Made by a program: the position numbers and the translations under genes
DNA from: Bacteroides sp.
GTDB lineage: Bacteria; Bacteroidota; Bacteroidia; Bacteroidales; GCA-2748055
NCBI GenBank assembly: GCA_011056635.1
Contig: DSEO01000260.1
Coordinates: 1-62,225, forward strand
DNA: 62,225 nucleotides
Direction: 5' to 3'
Shown: positions 28,084 to 36,655 of the stretch, one piece after another
Position numbering within the stretch: position 1 is the first letter of the stretch
How the letters are laid out: the number at the start of each line of letters is the position of its first letter
Notes under the pieces: model-generated
What the model saw: only the letters and a program-made list of their open reading frames with translations
Database searches by the model: none
What the model was told of the DNA's origin: nothing

Positions 28084-30036
28084 TTACTCAGAAATCTTAA
28101 CGATCCTTTCCATCAAAGTCCGTGTTTCATCATACAGCACAAGCAGGTAAGGACCGTCGGCCAGCGGACGGAGATCCAGGGTAACGGGATTGGGAGCGTC
28201 TGACAATCTGTATACTACCTGCCCGCTGTAGCTGTAAATCACGATTTCACGGATGGGTCCCCTGTTGAAAAGCTCCACATAAAGTTGATCATTCACGGGA
28301 TTGGGACCGAAAATGAAGGATCCTCCGGAAGGGGTGTAACGGATCACGCTGGCTGTGTTCAGCAGATCATTGTCGGGATCGAATTCCAGGTTCCGCACCA
28401 GGCCTTTCAACGGGACTTTGAAATGTTCCACCGCTTGGTCCTGGAAAAACTTCTTGCGGACCGCGGATCCGTCACTCAGCAGCAGATCCACATCAAACGG
28501 TATGGTGAACAGCGGGGTTGCCGGCGAGGTCCCGCTCTGTTCACTGCGCAGGAAAAGGGTATCCCCGTCATGGCGCCAGGTAATCTGGTAAAGGGGATAT
28601 CCTTCCCCGTAATACCACTGTTCAAAGAAGCAGGAGAAATCCATGCCGCTTTCCGCTTCAAGCACACTTCTGAAATCCTCCCCGGTGGCAAGACCGTTCC
28701 CGAACCGGTCCAGGTAAGTGCGGAGCACCTGGAAAAAGAGGCTGTCCTGATCCAGGATGTACCGGATCATGTGCAACAGGATGGCTCCTTTTTTATAACT
28801 GAGTCCGGTATCAAACAACCGGAAGGGATCATCCGCACGGTTTTCCGGAACATAGACCGATCCGGAGGTCTCTCCCAGGGCAAGGGACATGGCATGGGAC
28901 ATCCACTCGTCCGCTGCCTGTTGCCCGAAGATCTGCTGGGCGGCCACATATTCCATGTACGAGGCGAATCCCTCATTGATCCAGATGTCCTGCCAGTACC
29001 CGCAGGTCACATGATCGCCGAACCACTGGTGGGCCAGTTCGTGCGCCACGAGATAGAAATCAAAGTCCTGGATGGTGGTCATGGTCTGGTGTTCCATCCC
29101 CCCGCCCAGCGGGGCCATGGCATGACCGTATTTTTCAGCAGCAAAGGGATAGTCCCCCAGCAGCGTCGAATAGGTATGGATGAGCCGCCCTGTCTCGCGG
29201 ATCTCCGCCGTCCAATCCGCCAGCAGCTGATCGGAATCATACACGTAATTCTGCACAGGTACCGAATCTCCTGCTGACGAAAGCGGCGCCCGAAAGGTGA
29301 AATCCCTGTATTCGGCCACCGCGAAAAACAACAGGTAAAATGCCATGGGATAGTTGGTCCGCCACCTGAAGAGACGTTCATTTCCCGGCAGTTCCTCCAC
29401 TCCCAGCAGGATCCCGTTTGAAGCCGCCATCAGGTGATCGCCGCATATAAGGTCCATCCGGACCGAATCGATCTTGTCCCCGAGCACCTGCTTGACCGGG
29501 AACCAGTCCCGCGCATTGAGCGGCTCGGAAAGGGTGTAGGTCACCCGGAAACCATATTCTGAATCTGTCGCAGAAGTGATCCCGGCAAAAAAACCCCTGT
29601 TCCTGCCCGCCACACCTCCATAGGATATTTTCACAGCAAATTGTTCCCCCGGAAGCCGGGTCCTGTCCAATGCCACATAAACGGCATTCTCACGGTGTGT
29701 ATATGCTGCCCGGAAACGGAAGTCATCCAATTCGCCCCCGTCGGCGATCTCCACCCCGGTCACCTCCAGGGAATCCTGCAATTCCACCACCAGGGTATCC
29801 AGTTCTTTCACGGCTTCCGCCAGGATCACCGCGCTCCCCCCGATCCGGGTGCTCTCGTTGGTCACCCTGAGGGTGAGGTGGTAAAATTTGACGTCATAGG
29901 CGGACAACCAGCGGTCATCCAGGGGATTCCGGTACTCCCCCATATCAACCACAACGGCGGGACAGGGAAGCAGCAACTGTGCCGCTGCCGGTATGGCGTT
30001 GACAACCAGAAAGATATATACGGCGAGCCGGTACAT
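28084..30036 (-). CDS. Secreted M1-family zinc aminopeptidase with T9SS C-terminal sorting domain
   Basis: GGMEH exopeptidase motif and HELAHQWFG-x18-E zinc site. The last ~80 aa form a Por/T9SS-type tail (LYVELFN...IVIYSYSGQVVYRL...LDLRPLADGPYLLVLYDE). Start at ATG 30036. Confidence 0.8.
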   Translation of the reverse strand: MYRLAVYIFLVVNAIPAAAQLLLPCPAVVVDMGEYRNPLDDRWLSAYDVKFYHLTLRVTNESTRIGGSAVILAEAVKELDTLVVELQDSLEVTGVEIADGGELDDFRFRAAYTHRENAVYVALDRTRLPGEQFAVKISYGGVAGRNRGFFAGITSATDSEYGFRVTYTLSEPLNARDWFPVKQVLGDKIDSVRMDLICGDHLMAASNGILLGVEELPGNERLFRWRTNYPMAFYLLFFAVAEYRDFTFRAPLSSAGDSVPVQNYVYDSDQLLADWTAEIRETGRLIHTYSTLLGDYPFAAEKYGHAMAPLGGGMEHQTMTTIQDFDFYLVAHELAHQWFGDHVTCGYWQDIWINEGFASYMEYVAAQQIFGQQAADEWMSHAMSLALGETSGSVYVPENRADDPFRLFDTGLSYKKGAILLHMIRYILDQDSLFFQVLRTYLDRFGNGLATGEDFRSVLEAESGMDFSCFFEQWYYGEGYPLYQITWRHDGDTLFLRSEQSGTSPATPLFTIPFDVDLLLSDGSAVRKKFFQDQAVEHFKVPLKGLVRNLEFDPDNDLLNTASVIRYTPSGGSFIFGPNPVNDQLYVELFNRGPIREIVIYSYSGQVVYRLSDAPNPVTLDLRPLADGPYLLVLYDETRTLMERIVKISE

Positions 30037-30037
30037 G

Positions 30038-31069
30038 CTAGTTGCTGAACCGGAATACGGTCCGGGCGGTGAATTCACCGCCGGGTTTCAGAAGGGTGGA
30101 TGGAAAGGCTTTCTGATTGGGAGTATCCGGAAAGAACTGGGTTTCCAGGCAGACAGCCGAATGGGGTTCGTAGACTATTCCCTCCTTTCCCCGGATCCCC
30201 TTCACATAATTGGATGTGTACAGCTGGATCCCGGGAAGCGTGGTAAGCACTTCCATGGTCCGGCCCGAATCGGGATCGTGCAGCATGGCCGCCTGGGTCA
30301 GTTCCCTGGATCCCATGGAAAGCACATAATTGAGGTCATATCCCGGTTCCACCTCAGCCAATCCTTTCCCGAGCGGTCTGGACCTCCTGAAATCATAGGG
30401 AGTCCCCTCCACCGGAGCGATCTCTCCCGTGGGTATGCTCTGTCCGTCCAGCACCGTGTACCTGTCCGCAGCCAGGGATAATTCATGCCGGTGAATGGTC
30501 CCCCGGCAATTGTTCAGGTTGAAATAGCTGTGGTTGGTCAGGTTCACATGGGTGGGCCTGTCGGTCCGCGCCCGGCAGGTGATCCCCAGTTCATTGTTCT
30601 CATTCAGGGAGTATACCACCTCCGCCGTCAGATTGCCGGGATATCCCTCCTCCCCGTCCCTGCTTTCGTAGATCATCACCAGGCTCGCCTCCGCAGCGGA
30701 AATGTCCGTGTGCACCTTCCACATCTGCTTGTCGAATCCCCTGAATCCGCCGTGCAGGTGATTGGGTCCCTCGTTGGCTGACAGCCTGTACACGGTACCG
30801 TCAATGTCAAATGCCGAGCCTCCGATTCGGTTGCAGTACCTCCCGCAAATGGCCCCGAAATAGGGCTGGTCCCCCAGATAATCCTCCAGCCGGTCGAACC
30901 CGAGGACCACATCCCCTGCCTGGTTCCCGGCACCGGGTACAAAGAGGTTGGTGATGGTGGCTCCGTAGTCCATCACCCTGACTTCCATTCCGTTTTTGTT
31001 TTTCAGGATATACCGGCACACCTCAGCCCCGGAAGGGAGGTTTCCAAAATTTTCTTTCTCAATGATCAT
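30038..31069 (-). CDS. galM: Aldose 1-epimerase (galactose mutarotase)
   Basis: GalM family motifs: GRYCNRI, NEGPNHLHGG, VCLETQFFPD. Confidence 0.85.
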   Translation of the reverse strand: MIIEKENFGNLPSGAEVCRYILKNKNGMEVRVMDYGATITNLFVPGAGNQAGDVVLGFDRLEDYLGDQPYFGAICGRYCNRIGGSAFDIDGTVYRLSANEGPNHLHGGFRGFDKQMWKVHTDISAAEASLVMIYESRDGEEGYPGNLTAEVVYSLNENNELGITCRARTDRPTHVNLTNHSYFNLNNCRGTIHRHELSLAADRYTVLDGQSIPTGEIAPVEGTPYDFRRSRPLGKGLAEVEPGYDLNYVLSMGSRELTQAAMLHDPDSGRTMEVLTTLPGIQLYTSNYVKGIRGKEGIVYEPHSAVCLETQFFPDTPNQKAFPSTLLKPGGEFTARTVFRFSN

Positions 31070-31231
31070 AGCGATTTACTTGGATGTTCAGGGATTAAAG
31101 ATAAAAATTATTCCGTCCCGCACACCGATATCCCTGTTCCGGCCACATTAATAGGAAAACCGAAGAGCTCTTTGCAGAGGCGGATACCGAAAAGCCTGAA
31201 CAGAGTAGGTATGACAAAAATGACTCGAACA

Positions 31232-31411
31232 ATGAAAACAGACCTGTGTACGGGCAACTTCAGGGAAATTCCCGTCCCTGAACAGCAAAAACTGAACGGC
31301 GGAATCCTGCCTTTCCTGGCAGGGATTGGTATTGCCGCAATCGCTGAGATCATTTCCGACTGGGACAATTTTAAAAACGGTCTCACCGGGAAACCGGAAG
31401 AAAAGTCCTGA
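31232..31411 (+). CDS. Double-glycine-leader peptide 1 (bacteriocin-like precursor)
   Basis: Leader MKTDLCTGNFREIPVPEQQKLNGG ends in the L-N-G-G export motif. The predicted 35-aa core ILPFLAGIGIAAIAEIISDWDNFKNGLTGKPEEKS is hydrophobic then charged and has a GxxxG-like AGIGIAA. In-frame ATGs also occur at 31211 and 31220. Lies upstream of HlyD and the C39-ABC exporter. Confidence 0.65.
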   Translation: MKTDLCTGNFREIPVPEQQKLNGGILPFLAGIGIAAIAEIISDWDNFKNGLTGKPEEKS

Positions 31412-31429
31412 CAAAAAAAATCTGTAATC

Positions 31430-31633
31430 ATGAAAAATCTTACACCCATGAAAAATTTCGGACCATTCAACACCATGGATGTTGAAAGCATGCGGCAGGT
31501 GAACGGGGGCGGATTTGCCTACGATGTGGGCAGGGGTATTCGTTGCCTGGCGCTCTACGTTGTGTATGGAAACATTTATGCGATGACCGATTACATTGTC
31601 AATGAGGCGCTGAATGAAGCAGCGAACAACTGA
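31430..31633 (+). CDS. Double-glycine-leader peptide 2 (bacteriocin-like precursor)
   Basis: Leader MKNLTPMKNFGPFNTMDVESMRQVNGG. Predicted 40-aa core GFAYDVGRGIRCLALYVVYGNIYAMTDYIVNEALNEAANN. Starts 18 nt after peptide 1. Confidence 0.65.
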   Translation: MKNLTPMKNFGPFNTMDVESMRQVNGGGFAYDVGRGIRCLALYVVYGNIYAMTDYIVNEALNEAANN

Positions 31634-31721
31634 CCATGCAGGAAGCATGTGAAAACCTCATCCGATGATATTGTAATGAAGGGAACCGTGAGTAGTTCAT
31701 TGATAAGTCAATCTGGAATTT

Positions 31722-31844
31722 ATGAAGATTAAGAAACCCCGCCAGCGTGACATCATCATCTTTGTTGTCACACTCATCGCTTTCTTGCTCATCACCTCTT
31801 TCTGGGATGAGATAAAGGATCTGGTTGCCGCTATCTTCACCTGA
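31722..31844 (+). CDS. Unannotated 40-aa single-TM ORF (candidate immunity or accessory protein)
   Basis: Translates to MKIKKPRQRDIIIFVVTLIAFLLITSFWDEIKDLVAAIFT*. Its TGA overlaps the HlyD ATG (TGATG at 31842-31846). It falls below the ORF-track length cutoff. Confidence 0.5.
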   Translation: MKIKKPRQRDIIIFVVTLIAFLLITSFWDEIKDLVAAIFT

Positions 31845-32974
31845 TGGATCAGCTGGAGGACAGCACACTTGATCTGATCCACAGGCGGCGTGTCCGCTCC
31901 TTCATCCCGGGCTATGTGGTCGTATGTGCGGTCGTGTTCATGCTGGCAGCGCTCCCCCTGGTCAGGGTGGATGTGGTCACTACCACTGCCGGCATGATCA
32001 GGCCCCTCGAAGAACCGGTAAAGATCCTGTCCCCCATTACGGGGATCCTGGACAGCAGCATCCTCAGGAATAATCTCCCGGTGACTGCCGGAGATACCCT
32101 GGTCTGGATCCGGCGGGACCATCCCGAAACCCGGATCACGGAGCATCTGGACCTGATCCGGATGAACGATGCCCCGCTCCGGGATATCAGGCGCATCCTG
32201 GATGGGAAAGAACCTGTGGAGACAGGGTGGTATATCCAGTCGTACAGGAATCACCTGGCTGCCCTGGCCGGTCTGCAGATCGAAGAAGATTTCCTGCGGG
32301 GGGAATACCAGATTGCCACTGAATTGTACCGGGCAGGTGTGATTCCGCCTCATGAACTTGAGCAGGCAGAATCGGAATACCGGCTGATTTGCGCCAGGAT
32401 CAGGGACCTGCGGGAAAACTACAGGAATCAGCTGGCAGGAGAGCTTCACCGGATTGCCAGGGAGAACAGGAACTATCAGAAGGAGATCGCGGTGACCCGG
32501 TCCATGCTCCACGATTATTTTATTGTGGCACCCAAAGGCGGTACCGTGCACGGCTGTCCGGGACTGACGGCCGGATCGGTGATCCAGTCCGGCATGCACC
32601 TGGGATCCGTTTCACCTTCAGGAAGCCTGGTGGCCGAATGTTATCTTGATCCCGCCGGGATCCAGGGGGTGACGATCGGAACCCCGGTGCGCCTGAGATT
32701 TGACGGGTCTGGTTTCCAGGAGCAGGCGCAGCTGGAAACGGCGGTTGACCACATTGAAAGGGATGTGACCCTGGTGAACGGAAAACCCTTCTACCGGATC
32801 AGATGTACCCTTGAATCGCCCTGTTTCATTGAAACAGACGGGAAAAGGAGGCAGGTGGTGAAAGGGATGACCTTTTCGGCTAATTTCATCCTTTTTCGCC
32901 GGTCGCTCTCCTCGCTGATCATGGAACGGATGAACGGCCGGATCAATCCCGCCGGGCCAATGGGAAAGGAATGA
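31844..32974 (+). CDS. HlyD-family membrane fusion / secretion adaptor protein
   Basis: N-terminal TM anchor (FIPGYVVVCAVVFMLAALPLV), a coiled-coil middle and a beta-barrel C-terminus. ATGA overlap with the downstream ABC gene. Confidence 0.75.
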   Translation: MDQLEDSTLDLIHRRRVRSFIPGYVVVCAVVFMLAALPLVRVDVVTTTAGMIRPLEEPVKILSPITGILDSSILRNNLPVTAGDTLVWIRRDHPETRITEHLDLIRMNDAPLRDIRRILDGKEPVETGWYIQSYRNHLAALAGLQIEEDFLRGEYQIATELYRAGVIPPHELEQAESEYRLICARIRDLRENYRNQLAGELHRIARENRNYQKEIAVTRSMLHDYFIVAPKGGTVHGCPGLTAGSVIQSGMHLGSVSPSGSLVAECYLDPAGIQGVTIGTPVRLRFDGSGFQEQAQLETAVDHIERDVTLVNGKPFYRIRCTLESPCFIETDGKRRQVVKGMTFSANFILFRRSLSSLIMERMNGRINPAGPMGKE

Positions 32975-35082
32975 GAAGCGCAGGGAAAGTCGGTATCAGG
33001 CAGCATGACTCGTCCGATTGCGGACCGGCCTGCATTGCTTCCGTTATGGCCCATTACGGGATACGCGTCCCCCTCGCAAAGATCAGGCAAATCGCCTGCA
33101 CGGACAGGCAGGGAACCTCCATGTATGGAATGATCAGGGCCCTGGAACAATTTGAATTCGAAACAAAAGGACTGGAAGGTTCCATGGAGCACCTGGATAA
33201 GCTGCCACTTCCGTTCATTGCGCACGTGGAGCTGGAGAACGGACTGTCCCATTATATCTGCGTCTACGGGGTGAACGGCAAAGGCCTGAAGGTGATGGAT
33301 CCGGCAGCGGGTAAAATCCACCGGTGGAGCAGGGATGAATTCCGGGAAAAGTGGAGCGGTGCGGTGGTGGCCATGGTACGGGGCATCGGCAGCGAAAAAC
33401 TGCAGGAGGCCGGAACTCGGGGAACCAAGATCATTTCGCTGCTGCAACCGGTCTGGAAGCCGGTATTGCAGGCTATTTTTGCTGCCATCATTTACACCGT
33501 GCTGGGACTCTCCACCTCGCTCTACATCGGGAAACTGACCGACCATGTTTTCGTCACCCACAACACCGGATTGCTGAACCTGATGAGCATCACCATGGTT
33601 TTGATCACCCTGCTGATGATCTTCATGTATGTCATCAGGAATCTGAACATACTGAAAACCGGCCAGGTGATCGACAACCAGCTGGTCCTCTCCTACTATC
33701 GCCACCTGCTCCGGCTGCCTCAGCGATTCTTTGACGGGATCCGGACCGGGGAGATCATTTCCCGGATCAATGATGCCATCAAGATCAGGGGATTCATCAA
33801 CGATGCTGCCATCGGTATCCTGGTGAATTTCCTGATCCTGCTGTTTTCATTCGGCCTGATGTTCATCCTGCACTGGAAACTTGCGCTCCTGATGTTGACC
33901 GTGATCCCGCTCTATGCAATCATTTACTGCTTTTTCAACCGGAGGAACAAACGTGTTGAAAGGAAAATCATGGAACACACGGCATCGCTGGAAAGCCAGC
34001 TGGTGGAATCACTCCAGGCCTCAGCGCACATCAGAAGGAGCAACCTGCAGGCGATCAGTTACCGGAGGACCGAAAGCAGGATGAACCGGTTGCTGGATAC
34101 CGTTTTCAGTTCGGGGATGAACTCACTCACCGCACTGGGAGGGACCGAACTGGTCAGTCGCATGTTCACCATCATCCTTTTGTGGACCGGATCTTTTTAC
34201 GTGATCGGCCAGGAGATCACCCCGGGCAAGCTGCTTACCTTTTATGCACTGATCGGTTATTTTACGGGTCCCGTCAGCGGACTCATCGGGGCCAACAAGG
34301 CCTATCAGAATGCTTTGATCGCGGCGGACCGTCTCTTTGAAATTTTTCACCTGGAACCGGAAGAACCCGGGGAGAAGCCTGATTTCCCCCGGGAAGAATT
34401 CGGGGATGTGGAATTCAGCAAGGTCTCATTTGCTTATGGCACCAGGGGCCATATATTCCGGGATCTGGACCTGAAGATCCGGACCGGAATGGTCACTGCC
34501 ATTACCGGTCCCAGCGGATCGGGGAAATCCACCATCGCATCCCTGATCCAACTCATCTACCAAGTTGACGGGGGAAACATCACGATCAATGGACTGGATA
34601 CCCGGTATTTTTCCATGAAGAGCATCCGGTCGCTGATCGGGGAAGTCCCCCAGCAGATCACTTTTCTCACTGGATCCATCCTGGAGAACATGGCACCCGG
34701 GGTGCAGAACCCGGATATGAAAAGGATCCTCAACCTGCTGGGGGCGGTGGGACTCCGGCCGCTGATCGAATCCTTACCGGAGGGAGTACATACCAGGCTC
34801 AGCGAGAACGGATCCAACCTTTCCGGCGGTGAACGGCAGCGCCTGGCACTCGTCCGCGCCCTTTACAGGAACCCTGCCCTGCTGATCCTGGACGAAGCCA
34901 CATCTTCCCTCGATCCGGAATCGGAATACTTTGTCACCCGCTTGCTGCTGGCACTGAAAGAAAAGGGCCGGACCATACTTCTGATCACCCATCAGGCAAA
35001 GCACACCTGCATGGCCGACACCATTCTCAGGCTGGAAGAGGGACGGCTTCGAGAATCCCACTCGCACATTGGCTCTCTTTAG
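32971..35082 (+). CDS. Bacteriocin-processing ABC transporter with N-terminal C39 peptidase domain
   Basis: C39 catalytic Cys region QHDSSDCGPACIASVMAHYG and a later His (SHYICVYGV). Six-TM permease. Walker A GPSGSGKST, signature LSGGERQR, Walker B LLILDEATS. Confidence 0.9.
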   Translation: MRSAGKVGIRQHDSSDCGPACIASVMAHYGIRVPLAKIRQIACTDRQGTSMYGMIRALEQFEFETKGLEGSMEHLDKLPLPFIAHVELENGLSHYICVYGVNGKGLKVMDPAAGKIHRWSRDEFREKWSGAVVAMVRGIGSEKLQEAGTRGTKIISLLQPVWKPVLQAIFAAIIYTVLGLSTSLYIGKLTDHVFVTHNTGLLNLMSITMVLITLLMIFMYVIRNLNILKTGQVIDNQLVLSYYRHLLRLPQRFFDGIRTGEIISRINDAIKIRGFINDAAIGILVNFLILLFSFGLMFILHWKLALLMLTVIPLYAIIYCFFNRRNKRVERKIMEHTASLESQLVESLQASAHIRRSNLQAISYRRTESRMNRLLDTVFSSGMNSLTALGGTELVSRMFTIILLWTGSFYVIGQEITPGKLLTFYALIGYFTGPVSGLIGANKAYQNALIAADRLFEIFHLEPEEPGEKPDFPREEFGDVEFSKVSFAYGTRGHIFRDLDLKIRTGMVTAITGPSGSGKSTIASLIQLIYQVDGGNITINGLDTRYFSMKSIRSLIGEVPQQITFLTGSILENMAPGVQNPDMKRILNLLGAVGLRPLIESLPEGVHTRLSENGSNLSGGERQRLALVRALYRNPALLILDEATSSLDPESEYFVTRLLLALKEKGRTILLITHQAKHTCMADTILRLEEGRLRESHSHIGSL

Positions 35083-35121
35083 CGAGCATAATTATAATAA
35101 TTATTGGATCGAGAATAAGGC

Positions 35122-35263
35122 TGTCTCCAAAGGCTCGTCATAGGTAGGTCAGACATACCCCTTCGGCGCTGAAAATCCTTGCTGCGCAAGTATTTATAGG
35201 CTTTCTCAGGGGTATGTCTGACCCTGGAAATTGCCTTAAATCAACCTTTTGAGACACCCTCGA
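35122..35263 (+). repeat. 142-bp nested-palindromic intergenic element, copy 1 (MITE/REP-like)
   Basis: About 91% identical to 59139-59280 in the same orientation. Outer inverted repeats TGTCTCCAAAGGC / ACCTTTTGAGACA, a 15-bp inner stem GGTCAGACATACCCC / GGGGTATGTCTGACC, and a central CTTGC-TGC-GCAAG hairpin. Confidence 0.85.
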
Positions 35264-35420
35264 ATCCATCCTGAGTCGCCGGGCTTTTATCATTATTTTT
35301 GCCGTTTTTACCAAAATTGTTTCCCTGTTTTATAGGTTCATTGAAGATAAACGATAAATTTATGGCCTGAATCCTGTAGAGAGAAGGCTTAATCAATTGT
35401 TCATCTAAAACTAAATACAT

Positions 35421-35984
35421 ATGAAAAAAATCGCTGCAATTATCTGTCTGGCTATTTTCTCGCTGCCTGCCCTGAAAGCCCAGGAAAGCACATTCAACCT
35501 GGGTGACCAGGTCGTGAACATCGGGATCGGTCTGGGTTCGGTGTATGCGATCGGCTCCTACTACACCACCACAGTCCCTCCCATCTCCATTTCCTACGAG
35601 AAGGCAATTGTGGATGAAATCCTGGAGAAAGGTGTGATCGGCGTGGGTGGATATGTCGGTTATACATCGTATAAGTATCATTACATATTCTCAACCTATG
35701 ATTATGGCTGGAAATACACCAACATCATCCTGGGGGCACGGGGGAATTTTCACTATCCACTGGTGGATAAGCTGGATACTTATTTGGGGATGTTGATGGG
35801 ATACAATATCAGAATAGCCAAAGAATTCGGCACCTTCGGGACTGACGTAAATCCGGACCGGGGCAGCCTCGCCTTGGCAGGATATCTGGGTGCCCGTTAC
35901 TATTTCTCAGAGAAATTCGCGGCCTTTGCCGAGTTGGGATATGGCATTTCCTACCTGACCCTGGGGATTTCGCTCAAATTGTAA
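35421..35984 (+). CDS. Small outer-membrane beta-barrel protein (OmpW/porin-like fold)
   Basis: Signal peptide MKKIAAIICLAIFSLPALKAQ, alternating aromatic/Gly beta-strands, and a C-terminal strand GISLKL. Confidence 0.6.
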   Translation: MKKIAAIICLAIFSLPALKAQESTFNLGDQVVNIGIGLGSVYAIGSYYTTTVPPISISYEKAIVDEILEKGVIGVGGYVGYTSYKYHYIFSTYDYGWKYTNIILGARGNFHYPLVDKLDTYLGMLMGYNIRIAKEFGTFGTDVNPDRGSLALAGYLGARYYFSEKFAAFAELGYGISYLTLGISLKL

Positions 35985-36035
35985 CATGACGACATCTTTT
36001 TTCGTTGAAAACTGTAGCTTGTATCAATAATTCCA

Positions 36036-36043
36036 TATTTTTG
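36036..36043 (+). promoter_or_regulatory. Candidate -7 box (TATTTTTG)
   Basis: Matches TAnnTTTG and lies 38 nt upstream of ATG 36081. Confidence 0.35.
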
Positions 36044-36080
36044 AGCAAACAGATTTATTTAATAACCTAAACATGTACCT

Positions 36081-36572
36081 ATGATGAGACGTACCCTGCT
36101 TAAGAGCTCAGCCGTATTTATGTCCATGCTGCTGCTGTTCACACAAACGTTAAGCCTCTCCGCCAGGCCATCTGCCGCCGTAATACCCAGCATTGATGAG
36201 TCTGTGCTGGTCCTGGATGAAGCAGCCCTGAATGAGGCCATGATGGAGTTAAATGAACTGGACGAATACCTCAACGTCAATGAGGGAGTCACCTATGCCG
36301 AACTGGAAACCAGCGGAAGCGAGTTGATCCTGAATGTGAACAATTCCACCGCACCCCTGGGCATGGACATGGAAGGTGAACCGCCCCTGGGCATTCCTTC
36401 CTTCCTGTGGGGTTGTATCCTCGGTCCTCTCGGGATACTGCTCGTCTACGTTATCTCCGACGGTGACAAATCCGAAACCAAGAAAGCGCTCTGGGGAATG
36501 CTGGCATGGGTCGGAGTCGTTATTCTGTTGAATGTGGGATTATTTGCCTGGGGGGCAGCCTGGTATTATTAG
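36081..36572 (+). CDS. Hypothetical membrane protein (signal peptide, acidic helical domain, C-terminal TM hairpin)
   Basis: Signal peptide MMRRTLLKSSAVFMSMLLLFTQTLSLSA, an acidic segment (LNELDEYLNVNEG), and two C-terminal TM helices (FLWGCILGPLGILLVYVI / VGVVILLNVGLFAWGAAW). Confidence 0.55.
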   Translation: MMRRTLLKSSAVFMSMLLLFTQTLSLSARPSAAVIPSIDESVLVLDEAALNEAMMELNELDEYLNVNEGVTYAELETSGSELILNVNNSTAPLGMDMEGEPPLGIPSFLWGCILGPLGILLVYVISDGDKSETKKALWGMLAWVGVVILLNVGLFAWGAAWYY

Positions 36573-36655
36573 TTGCTACAACCATCACTAAAAAAAATGC
36601 CCTTGATCATGATCGGGGGTATTTTTTTTGCTATTATTCGGAATATTTTAAACGG

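Noticed and set aside
31108-31648. Minus-strand ORFs (127 and 166 aa) covering the two GG-leader peptide genes
   Set aside because: They have no motifs and shadow-like composition. The plus-strand small ORFs carry canonical GG leaders directly upstream of a C39-ABC exporter.
35241-35681. 146-aa minus-strand ORF spanning the repeat element and the OMP gene start
   Set aside because: It overlaps the plus-strand OMP gene, which has a convincing signal peptide and beta-barrel pattern, and it runs through the palindromic element. No motif was found.
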